Assembly: GCA_963712745.1 (NCBI GenBank)
Contig: CAVQJC010000002.1
Span: forward strand, 128,001-192,000
Direction of reading: 5' to 3'
Source: an uncultured Chloroflexia bacterium
Lineage (GTDB): Bacteria; Chloroflexota; Limnocylindria; Limnocylindrales; CSP1-4
DNA length: 64,000 nucleotides
The first letter of the stretch is position 1. The number at the start of each line of letters is the position of its first letter. Below, in pieces: positions 29,240 to 37,438 of this stretch. A program made the position numbers and the translations under genes. The notes under the pieces are model-generated. The model ran no database searches and was not told the origin of the DNA. It worked only from the letters and a program-made list of their open reading frames with translations.

Positions 29240-29983
29240 TCAGTCGCCTCGGCGCAACAGCCCACTGACCTGGGCCGCAGAACGCTCGAGCGGCATGCGC
29301 ATCTCCAGGAGTCGCCGCCGGCTGAGGCGAATGGTGGGCCCGGAGATGCACAGCGCGGCGACGACCCGCTCGGTCGAATCGGTGACCGTCGAGGCGATCG
29401 CCGCCACGCCATCCTGGCGCTCCCCGATGGAGACCGACCAGCGATCCGAGCGGATCTGCTCGAGCTGACGCGCGAGGTCAGCGCCTGGGGCATTGGGCAG
29501 CGTCTCGCCATCAGCTCGAGCCCGACGTAGCTCACGTCGTCGAACGTCGTCGTCGGCAAAGGCCAGCAGCACCTTTCCTGCAGCCCCGACGCGGAGCGGC
29601 AGCGGCCGCCCAAGCTGGATGAACGGCCGGAGCTCATGCCTGGCCTCCACGGCAGCGATGCATACGCGAGTGTCGGCATCCCGGATGTAGAGGTGGACGC
29701 TCTCGCCGATCTCGTCACGGAGCCTGCGCATCGGGGGTTCCGCCAGCGCTCGCAGGTCGAACGTCTTCGCCGCGGCCTCACCCCAGTAGAGGAGCCGGGG
29801 CCCGAGTGAATACCGGCTGTCCGGCGTGCGGCGTACGATCCCGAGAGCCGCGAGCTCGCTCAGCAGCCGGTGCGTGGAAGACTTGGGCATGGCCAGGGCC
29901 GAGCGCACGTGAGACAAGGTGACCGGTTCGCCAGCCTGGCCGAGGAAGTCGATGAGGTCGCTTGCTTTCTCCAGAACGGACAT
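29240..29983 (-). CDS. IclR family transcriptional regulator
   Basis: SVLEKA, MPKSSTHRLL HTH, GESVHL, GAAGKVLLA, ALCISGP. Confidence 0.94.
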   Translation of the reverse strand: MSVLEKASDLIDFLGQAGEPVTLSHVRSALAMPKSSTHRLLSELAALGIVRRTPDSRYSLGPRLLYWGEAAAKTFDLRALAEPPMRRLRDEIGESVHLYIRDADTRVCIAAVEARHELRPFIQLGRPLPLRVGAAGKVLLAFADDDVRRRELRRARADGETLPNAPGADLARQLEQIRSDRWSVSIGERQDGVAAIASTVTDSTERVVAALCISGPTIRLSRRRLLEMRMPLERSAAQVSGLLRRGD

Positions 29984-30077
29984 CTTCGCCTCACGGGATC
30001 TTGCTGGCGTTAGCCTACTGCGTGGGGTCGAGCGGGGCCGTGGAAGACGACCGCGAGCGCGGCCCGGTCCGGGCCGG

Positions 30078-31502
30078 TCAGTCGACTGCGGTCCCGTAGT
30101 ACTCGCCGAATAGCTCCTCTTCACTGGGCCGGTCCTCGGCGATGGGCCGGCTGACCCACGTGACGTTCATGTAGTGCTTGAGATGGATGTTCTCTGAGGT
30201 GATGTTGCCACCCCACGTGCCGCAGCCGAGGCTGGAGGTCATGGGCATTCCGTTGTCGAAGGCGCCAGCGTTCGCCTTCGACTGCGGCTGACGCACCATG
30301 ATCCGGCTGACTGGTGCCATCCGGGCAAGCCGATCGATGTGCCCGTCATCGAACGAGTAGATGCCGCACGAGTGGCCCTTGCCACCGACCTCGTAGATGG
30401 CCTTCACCTTCTCGAGCGCCTCGTCGAACCCTGAGTAGCGGAACATCGAGACGACGACACTGAGCTTCTCCGAGCTGAACGGGTGGTGAGGGCCGATCTC
30501 CGTCTGCTCGACGAGAAAGAACCTGCGATCGGGAGCGACTCCGAATCCCGCCTTGGCGGCGATCGCCCCGGCTGAGATGGCGATGGTGTCCGCCGTCCGC
30601 CGTCCCTCCTCATCCCAGAGGGCAGACCTGAGCAGCGCCGTCTCTTCTGGGCTCGCGAGATGGGCGCCCTCCTCCACGAGCTTCGCCCGAAGCGCTTCGT
30701 AGATCGAGTCCTCGACCACGAGGTTCCCGTCGGCGGAGCAGCCCGAGCCAAAGTCAGACGTCTTGCTGATCCGGGTGTTGCGGGCGGCTTCAGCCACGTC
30801 CGCTGTCTCGTCGATGACCATCGTGGAGTTGCCGGCGCCGACGCCGTAGGCCGGTGTTCCCGACGAGTAGGCAGCCTTGACCATATCCAGGCCACCGGTG
30901 GCCTGGACGAGGTCGGCCTGGGTCATCAGGTACTGAGCAGCGGGGATGCTCGGCCGGGGCAGACATTGCAGCAAGTCGGGCGGTGCACCCTCGCGAGCCA
31001 GTGCACGTCGCATGATCTCGACAGTCTCGAGGGTCGTCCGCTTGCTGCGCGGGTGCGGCGAGAACACGACAGCGTCGCCACACTTGATGGCGAACATGCC
31101 CACGCCGGGCGGTGTGAGCTCGGGGTTCGTGGTGGGGACGAGCGACGCGATCAGGCCCACCGGCTTGGCATACTTGACGATGCCCTTCTCGGGGACCTCC
31201 TCGATGACGCCGATGCTCGGCTGGCGGAGCACATCTCGAAGGATGCCCATGACCTTGAACCGCTTGCCGACACGCGTCTCGGGGTCGCCGATCCCGCTCT
31301 CCTCGACGCCCATGAGTGCGAGCCGCTTGAAGGTCGTCTCGTTCGCCACCGCCCAGGCGACCGCCTGGCACAGTCGGTCGACTTGCGCCTGGGTGACGCC
31401 CTCGAACTCGCGCATCACAGCCCGTCCTCGGGCCACGAGCTCATCGACGGCTGCCGTCTCCTGCGGGGTGATCGGTCGCGTGGCCATACGGTCCTCCGAC
31501 AT
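30078..31502 (-). CDS. CoA-acylating aldehyde dehydrogenase (EutE/SucD/SauS-like family)
   Basis: KPVGLIASLVPTTNP, SPHP, ATGG..MVKAAYSSGTPAYGVGAGN, SKTSDFG.GC, EKLS, SLGCGTWGGN. Confidence 0.9.
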   Translation of the reverse strand: MSEDRMATRPITPQETAAVDELVARGRAVMREFEGVTQAQVDRLCQAVAWAVANETTFKRLALMGVEESGIGDPETRVGKRFKVMGILRDVLRQPSIGVIEEVPEKGIVKYAKPVGLIASLVPTTNPELTPPGVGMFAIKCGDAVVFSPHPRSKRTTLETVEIMRRALAREGAPPDLLQCLPRPSIPAAQYLMTQADLVQATGGLDMVKAAYSSGTPAYGVGAGNSTMVIDETADVAEAARNTRISKTSDFGSGCSADGNLVVEDSIYEALRAKLVEEGAHLASPEETALLRSALWDEEGRRTADTIAISAGAIAAKAGFGVAPDRRFFLVEQTEIGPHHPFSSEKLSVVVSMFRYSGFDEALEKVKAIYEVGGKGHSCGIYSFDDGHIDRLARMAPVSRIMVRQPQSKANAGAFDNGMPMTSSLGCGTWGGNITSENIHLKHYMNVTWVSRPIAEDRPSEEELFGEYYGTAVD

Positions 31503-31520
31503 CGCGAGAGAAGAGTGAAC

Positions 31521-31558
31521 GTTCCGAATCGTTAGGTTCGCGTCCCAGTATTATGTAC
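31521..31558. promoter_or_regulatory. Weaker pair of putative IclR boxes upstream of the aldehyde dehydrogenase gene
   Basis: GTTCCGAATCGTTAGGT (31521-37) and GTCCCAGTATTATGTAC (31542-58). Confidence 0.4.
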
Positions 31559-31614
31559 CCCACGACAACATCTCGACGGGGCTCGTATCGTCTGGGTCGC
31601 AGCTCGGCGCTCAC

Positions 31615-31682
31615 TTGACACAGCCTCGTCAGCGCACTAGGTTTTCCCACAGATATGGGACAGGGTCCCGATATGTGGGACC
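31615..31682 (+). promoter_or_regulatory. Promoter of the ThDP-enzyme operon with paired palindromic operators
   Basis: TTGACA-17-TAGGTT, followed by TCCCACAGATATGGGA (31645-60) and GGTCCCGATATGTGGGACC (31664-82). Confidence 0.72.
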
Positions 31683-31725
31683 AGGAGGGTACGATGCGCG
31701 AGCCACGATTGGCTTCGACCCGCAG

Positions 31726-33438
31726 ATGACGATGAAGCCGTCTGTCGCTGACCACGTGGCCGGGTTCCTCTCTGACCGCGGCGTCGAGCTGATCTTCGGC
31801 TTGTGCGGCCACACGAACATCTCGTTGCTTGCCGCGCTGGAGCGGCGCGGGGCGCCACGGTTCGTGACTGCTCGCCATGAGCAGGTCGCGGCCCACGCCG
31901 CTGATGGATACGCGCGCACGTCCGGCCGGCCGGGAGTCATCCTTCTGCATGTGGGTCCCGGAATGACCAATGCTGTGACCGGGGTCGCGACTGCGGCGTT
32001 CGACTCGGTCCCGCTGCTGGTGATCGCCGGTGACGTGCCCTCGTATTACGAAGGCCGCGGGCCGCACCAGGAGTTCAATCTCCGCCGCGACGCCGATCAG
32101 ATCTCGATCTACGAACCGTTCGTCAAGCGCGCCTGGCGAGTCCGGCGAGCGGATCAGGTACCCCGCGTCCTGGCACGGGCCTGGGACACCGCTCTGGCCG
32201 GCAGGCCCGGACCCGTCATCGTCTCCATCCCGATGGACATCCTGGGTGAGGTGCTCGACGCCGAGATCACTCCCGCTTCGCCGGTCGCCAAGCCGGCGTT
32301 GAGCGGCGATACCGCCGCGGCCATCGCACAGGAGCTGCGGCAAGCCACGCGCCCGCTGCTGCTGGCGGGCGGTGGCACACGACGCGCTACGAATGAGCTC
32401 CGTCGACTGGCCGAACTCAGCGGCGCGCCGGTCGCCCACACGCTGATGGGGACCGGTGTCCTGCCGCCGGACCATCCGCAGCTCGTCGGGGTGGTGGGCT
32501 TCTGGGGCTCGCCTGTGGCGAACCGGCTGGCCTCCGAGGCCGACCTCATCGTGGCCATCGGAACGCGGTTCCCCGAGACGGACAGCAGCAGTTGGGAGCA
32601 GGGCGTGACGTTCCGCATCCCGCCGACACGGCTGATCCATGTCGACATCGATCCGCTCGAGCCCGGCCGCAACTACCCCACGGCCATCGCCGCCACGGCC
32701 GATGCGAGTCTCGCCCTCACGGCCATCAGCGATGCCTACGGCCATGCGACGGCGACCCGGGGTCATGACTGGGACACGCTGCGCGAGGAGCGTGAGGCCT
32801 TCCTCGCTGCCAGCCGCGCCAACGCCAGCTCGACCGAGGTTCCGTTGCTACCAGAGCGAATCCTCGCAGACGTTCGGAAGGCCGCCCCCGACGCCATCCT
32901 GGTGACGGATGTGGGGTGGAACAAGAACGGTGTCGCGCAGCAGTATCCCGTCGACACGCCGGACTCGTTCCTGACGCCGGGCGGCTTCTCGACCATGGGC
33001 TTCGGCCCGGCGGCCGTGCTTGGAGTCGCCGCCGCTGGAACCTCGCGTCCCGCCATCGCCCTGGTCGGGGACGGAGCGTTCGGGGCGAATCCGAACGTGG
33101 TGGCGACCGCGGTCGAGATGGGCATCGCCCCCATCTGGCTGGTCATGAACAACTCCGCGTTCGGGACGATCGCCGGCCTCGAGCGGAAACACTACGGTTC
33201 CGGCTACGGCTGCGAGTTCGAGTGCGCTGGTGCACCGTACTCACCGGATTTCGCGGCCATGGCTCGGGCCTGCGGCGCCGACGGCATCCGCATCGAGCGT
33301 GCGGAGCAGCTCGATCCGAGCCTGCGCGAGGCGATCGCGTCGGAGCGCCCAACACTCCTCGACGTGCCCATGCGGAACACCCCCGTCGTGACCCCTGGCG
33401 CGTGGGACATCGAGCGCATCTACCACGTGGCCCAGTGA
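31726..33438 (+). CDS. Thiamine-diphosphate-dependent enzyme (acetolactate-synthase-like; probable 2-oxo-acid decarboxylase)
   Basis: FGLCGHTN, RHEQ..AHAADGYAR, GPG.TNA, TDVGWN, GDGAF...NN ThDP motif. Confidence 0.92.
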   Translation: MTMKPSVADHVAGFLSDRGVELIFGLCGHTNISLLAALERRGAPRFVTARHEQVAAHAADGYARTSGRPGVILLHVGPGMTNAVTGVATAAFDSVPLLVIAGDVPSYYEGRGPHQEFNLRRDADQISIYEPFVKRAWRVRRADQVPRVLARAWDTALAGRPGPVIVSIPMDILGEVLDAEITPASPVAKPALSGDTAAAIAQELRQATRPLLLAGGGTRRATNELRRLAELSGAPVAHTLMGTGVLPPDHPQLVGVVGFWGSPVANRLASEADLIVAIGTRFPETDSSSWEQGVTFRIPPTRLIHVDIDPLEPGRNYPTAIAATADASLALTAISDAYGHATATRGHDWDTLREEREAFLAASRANASSTEVPLLPERILADVRKAAPDAILVTDVGWNKNGVAQQYPVDTPDSFLTPGGFSTMGFGPAAVLGVAAAGTSRPAIALVGDGAFGANPNVVATAVEMGIAPIWLVMNNSAFGTIAGLERKHYGSGYGCEFECAGAPYSPDFAAMARACGADGIRIERAEQLDPSLREAIASERPTLLDVPMRNTPVVTPGAWDIERIYHVAQ

Positions 33439-33487
33439 CGTCCGATACCGACGACTGCCACCGAATACCCGCTGCGGGAGGGCGAGG

Positions 33488-34303
33488 GTGACGAAGGTCC
33501 ACGAGGGCCAGGGAGCTGGCCAGGCATCCAGGCCCGCGGCCTGGGCTACCAGCGTGACCGCGACGACGGACAGACAGGTCTTTGTCCGGGGCACGGCCCT
33601 CGATGAAGCGATCGGCACGACATCGTTCCCCGCCATGCTCCTGAGACTCTGGCGTGGGGACGAACCGACGGAGGCCGAATCGGAGCTCATGGGTGCGTGC
33701 CTGATCGCGGCCATCGACCATGGGCCGCTCGCCCCTTCGGCCATGGTGGCCCGGACAATCGCCTCGACACACGCCACGCAGATGAGTGCCCTCGCGGGCG
33801 GCATCCTCTCGTTCGGCGAGCTGCATGGAGCTGTCGTCGGTCGAGCGATGCAGATCCTGAAGACCGTGCCGCCGGACGGCGACCTTGAACGGTGGGCAAA
33901 CGCGACATTCCAGGCGGAACGTGACGCCGGACGCCGATTGCCGGGCATCGGTCACCGCTGGCACGCCAAGGACCTTCGAGCCGAGCGACTGCTCGAGGTC
34001 GCGACGCCCCTTTCCGACGGCCGGCATGCAGCAGCAGTGCGAGCACTTGCCGACTGCGTCGGCCGTCACGCTGGCCGGACGGTGGCAGTCAACATCGACG
34101 GCGCGCTGGCCGTCGCGCTGACCGCCCTCCGGCTGAACCCAGAGTATGGCGATTTCGCGTTCGCGATCGCCCGAAGCTGTGGCCTGGCTGCCCACATCGT
34201 CGAGGAGCGGACCCGGGAACGACCGATGCGCATGATCGACCCGACCGCGGTGTCCTACGACGGTGTCCGTGTTCCAGGCCCTACGGAGGAGACCGAGACA
34301 TGA
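33488..34303 (+). CDS. Citryl-CoA lyase-like protein (citrate synthase superfamily, small form)
   Basis: DHG..APS..AR, HGA, PGIGHR.H..D.RA, NIDGA, AR..GLAAH..EE. Confidence 0.88.
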   Translation: MTKVHEGQGAGQASRPAAWATSVTATTDRQVFVRGTALDEAIGTTSFPAMLLRLWRGDEPTEAESELMGACLIAAIDHGPLAPSAMVARTIASTHATQMSALAGGILSFGELHGAVVGRAMQILKTVPPDGDLERWANATFQAERDAGRRLPGIGHRWHAKDLRAERLLEVATPLSDGRHAAAVRALADCVGRHAGRTVAVNIDGALAVALTALRLNPEYGDFAFAIARSCGLAAHIVEERTRERPMRMIDPTAVSYDGVRVPGPTEETET

Positions 34304-34671
34304 AGGTACGACTGATCTCGCCATTCGAGGACGCCGAGCAGATCTGGATCGGACTGGATGAGCCAGGCATGCGCCGAAAGGTATTCCGGTTCGTGTCACC
34401 CGAAACCGGATCCGAGGAGTTCATGGCCGGCATCACCATCTTCGAACCGGGGGAAGCGAGCTCCTACCATGTGCACCCCGAATCAGAGGAGATCAACCTG
34501 GTCCTCGCCGGATCGGGCATCGTGGTCTCGGAAGGCGAGGAGGCTCCGTTCGGTCCGGGCCACGCGATGTGGGTCCCCAAGGGCGTGCACCACCAGCACA
34601 AGAACACGGGGAACGAACCGCTCAAGCTGCTCTGGGTCTACACGCCACAGGCCGCACTTCCGACCTCATAG
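34300..34671 (+). CDS. Cupin domain protein
   Basis: PG....HVH..SEE, WVPKGVHHQHKNTG. Confidence 0.9.
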   Translation: MKVRLISPFEDAEQIWIGLDEPGMRRKVFRFVSPETGSEEFMAGITIFEPGEASSYHVHPESEEINLVLAGSGIVVSEGEEAPFGPGHAMWVPKGVHHQHKNTGNEPLKLLWVYTPQAALPTS

Positions 34672-34871
34672 TCCTCCTCGCCACGTCGCCGCCCCCGTTT
34701 GAGCGGCGGCGGCGGCGTGGAGCGGGCACCTGATGGGCGCGTCGCTCGAGCCCAGGGACCTCTGGACCCGTCCTTCGCGGCCGAACAGGCCAGGCGCCCC
34801 CACAACGGGCGAGCGGCGTGGGGCTGGTGTTCGGACTCCCTGGTGAACGATCGACACGGAGGCAGGCATCA

Positions 34872-35813
34872 GTGACCGGCCCTGCGACGGGGATCAAGAT
34901 CGGAGTGCTCGCCTGGAACCAGTACACGGACTGGCCAAGCCTGCGCGAGCTCGGTAAGCGGGCGGACGGACTCGGCTACGACTCGCTGTGGACGTTGGAC
35001 CACCTCTACCCCATCACCGGCGGCCCCATGGGCCCGATGCTGGAGGGCCACATGATCCTCGCTGGCTGGAGTCAGCACACCACGCGCGCGACGGTCGGGC
35101 TGATGGTCGGTGCCAACACGTTCCGCAACCCGGGCCTCGTGGTCAAGATGATCACGATGCTGGATCATCTCTCCGATGGTCGCGCCGTGCTCGGACTGGG
35201 GGCCGCCTGGGACGCGACCGAGCATGAGGCCTTCGGCATCGGGTTCGGACATAGCGTCGGTGAGCGCATCGACTGGCTCGACGAGTCGGTCGAGATCATG
35301 CGGAACATGCTGCGCGGGGGCGTGGCCACGGCTCGCGGGAAGCGCTACCGGGCCCGAGACGCACGCAATGTTCCCGCGCCTATCCAGCCGCATCTGCCCG
35401 TCCTTATCGGTGGGGTGGGTGAAAGAAGGACGCTGCGGACCGTGGCCCGTTTCGCGGACGCGTGGAACGTAGCCAACGTGACGCCAGAAGAGGCTGCCGC
35501 CAAGGATGTGGTCCTGCGCCGTTGGTGTGATGAGTCTGGTCGCGACCCCGACGAGATCGAACGCACCGCCAGCCTTGGACCGATGCTCATCCGTGACAAC
35601 CCAGTGGATGCACAGCGGGCGATCGCCAGGGTTCATGTGTCCAACCCCGGGATGGATCGCAGGATCACCATCGGGTCGGTCGGTGAGATCACCGAGATCT
35701 GTGGTCGCTACGCTGCCAGGGGCTTCCGGCACCTCATCTTCCACGCACCGGCTCCGTACGACGAGGAGACCCTCATGCGCTTCGCGTTGGAGGTCAAGCC
35801 GCAGTTCGCCTGA
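34872..35813 (+). CDS. LLM class (possibly F420-dependent) oxidoreductase
   Basis: GYDSLWTLDHL, FRNPG, DHLSDGR..LGLGAAW..EH.AFG, LIGG.GE.RTL..VARFAD.WN. Confidence 0.9.
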   Translation: MTGPATGIKIGVLAWNQYTDWPSLRELGKRADGLGYDSLWTLDHLYPITGGPMGPMLEGHMILAGWSQHTTRATVGLMVGANTFRNPGLVVKMITMLDHLSDGRAVLGLGAAWDATEHEAFGIGFGHSVGERIDWLDESVEIMRNMLRGGVATARGKRYRARDARNVPAPIQPHLPVLIGGVGERRTLRTVARFADAWNVANVTPEEAAAKDVVLRRWCDESGRDPDEIERTASLGPMLIRDNPVDAQRAIARVHVSNPGMDRRITIGSVGEITEICGRYAARGFRHLIFHAPAPYDEETLMRFALEVKPQFA

Positions 35814-36000
35814 AGACCGTGCACGCCAGTAGCGGAGGGGTAGCCAGCCCAGCGTCGATCAGCGACTGGACGCGGCTCTTCTGGCAGGGCACCAGCCCGG
35901 CCACCGGTCGGCCTCGATCGCTGATGACCACGACGTCGCCCGCGGCAACCTCTGCCACGACCGACAAGGCGTTCTTCTTGAGTGCCGGTATCCCGACCTG
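35794..36000 (-). pseudogene. Phd/YefM-family antitoxin remnant (no start codon, no toxin partner)
   Basis: Reads QVGIPALKKNALSVVAEVAAGDVVVISDRGRPVAGLVP...SLIDAG, matching the Phd pattern VGIRELK.N.S.V...V.AGE...IT.RGRPVA.LVP. Confidence 0.7.
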
Positions 36001-36996
36001 TCAGCCCTGGATCGTCTGGAGCAATCGATCCGCGGCGGCGTAGGGGTCGAGTTCGTGGCTGGCGACCTGTTCCATGAGCGCGTCGGTCTCGGCCCGACGA
36101 GTGGGCGACCACAGGCGCTCGCGAGTGCGGTCGGCGAGGATGCCCTCCACCTGGGCCCGGGCGCGAGCGAGGCGAGCGACGTGAGCCCCGTCGGCGGCGA
36201 CGCGTGACCGATGATGCTCGTCGAGTCCGGCCAGGAGTTCCGCGACACCGCTGCCGTCGAGTCCGGAGGCGAGAAGCACCTCCGGTCGCTTGGGTCGCGG
36301 CCGGGCCCCCTCCACCTCCGGGGCGCTGACGTCGTCGCCCAGCGTGAGCATCGCGCGCAACTGTGCAGCCGCGCGGTCGGCGCCCGGTCGGTCAGCCTTG
36401 TTGACCACGACGAGGTCGGCTACCTCCAGCAGCCCGGCCTTCATGGCCTGGATCTCGTCGCCCATCTCCGGGGCCTGTACCACGACCGTGGTGTCGGCGA
36501 TGGAAGCCACCTCGACCTCGCTCTGCCCGGTGCCCACGGTCTCGATGAAGACGAGGCCGAAGCCGCAGGCGTCGAGCGCGGCGGCCGATTCAGCGGTCGT
36601 GCCGGCAAGCCCGCCGAGGTGCCCGCGCGCGGCCATCGAGCGGATGAAGACGTCGGGGTCGCCAGCGTGACCCTGCATGCGGATGCGGTCGCCGAGGATG
36701 GCACCGCCGGTCACCGGGCTCGAGGGATCGATGGCCAGCACGGCCACGGGCCGGTCGGCAGCGCGGGCCACCGCCACCAGGGCCGCCACCAGCGTGGACT
36801 TGCCCCCACCGGGCGGCCCCGTGACGCCGATCACGTGCCCGCTGCCGGCCGTGGGGTAGAGCGCACGCATGGCCTCCTCGGCCGCCGGGGTACGTGATTC
36901 GATGGCGGTCAGGAGACGCGAAAGCGCGAGTCGCGAGCCGTTGCGGGCCTCGTCAGCCAGGCGTGTACCGGTCCCGCTGCCCGCGGGCGACGTCAT
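36001..36996 (-). CDS. meaB: Methylmalonyl-CoA mutase-associated GTPase
   Basis: GPPGGGKST, IDPSS..GGAILGDRIRM, FIRSMA.RG.LGG, ETVG.GQSE, NKAD. Confidence 0.95.
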   Translation of the reverse strand: MTSPAGSGTGTRLADEARNGSRLALSRLLTAIESRTPAAEEAMRALYPTAGSGHVIGVTGPPGGGKSTLVAALVAVARAADRPVAVLAIDPSSPVTGGAILGDRIRMQGHAGDPDVFIRSMAARGHLGGLAGTTAESAAALDACGFGLVFIETVGTGQSEVEVASIADTTVVVQAPEMGDEIQAMKAGLLEVADLVVVNKADRPGADRAAAQLRAMLTLGDDVSAPEVEGARPRPKRPEVLLASGLDGSGVAELLAGLDEHHRSRVAADGAHVARLARARAQVEGILADRTRERLWSPTRRAETDALMEQVASHELDPYAAADRLLQTIQG

Positions 36997-37400
36997 CAGG
37001 CGCGTGGCCGCGCGTGCTCGCGCATGAAGGCCGCGATCTCCCCGATGGCCGTGCCCGGCCCGAAGACCGCAGCCACGCCGGCCTCCTTCAGAACCGGGAT
37101 GTCTTCCTCCGGGATGATCCCGCCGGCCGTCACGAGCACGTCGGCCATGCCCTCGTCACGGAGCATCTGGCAGATCCGGGGCAGCAGGGTCAGATGCGCG
37201 CCGGAGAGGATGGAGAGCCCGACCACGTCGACATCCTCCTGCAGCGCGGCCGTGGCGACCATCTCCGGCGTCTGCCGCAGGCCGGTGTAGACCACCTCGA
37301 AGCCCTCGTCACGCAGGCCACGCGCGAGCACCTTGGCGCCCCGGTCGTGGCCGTCGAGGCCAGGCTTGGCGATGAGCACCTTCAGCGGTCGGTCGGTCAT
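36996..37400 (-). CDS. Cobalamin-binding subunit of an acyl-CoA mutase
   Basis: [31 protein letters not shown]. Confidence 0.95.
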   Translation of the reverse strand: MTDRPLKVLIAKPGLDGHDRGAKVLARGLRDEGFEVVYTGLRQTPEMVATAALQEDVDVVGLSILSGAHLTLLPRICQMLRDEGMADVLVTAGGIIPEEDIPVLKEAGVAAVFGPGTAIGEIAAFMREHARPRA

Positions 37401-37438
37401 GGCCGTGATCGTAACGCTCCCCGTCGCCGATGGGGCAC

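Noticed and set aside
30078-33438. Canonical SauS/Xsc sulfoacetate pathway
   Set aside because: The ALDH is SauS/SucD-like, but the ThDP enzyme has FGLCGHTN rather than the Xsc-type FGIIGSA, and no sauT, pta or sulfite exporter is present in the cluster
35794-36996. Selenocysteine or readthrough fusion of MeaB to the Phd-like segment
   Set aside because: MeaB is already complete at the TGA, no SECIS-like element recognised, and the Phd segment looks degenerate
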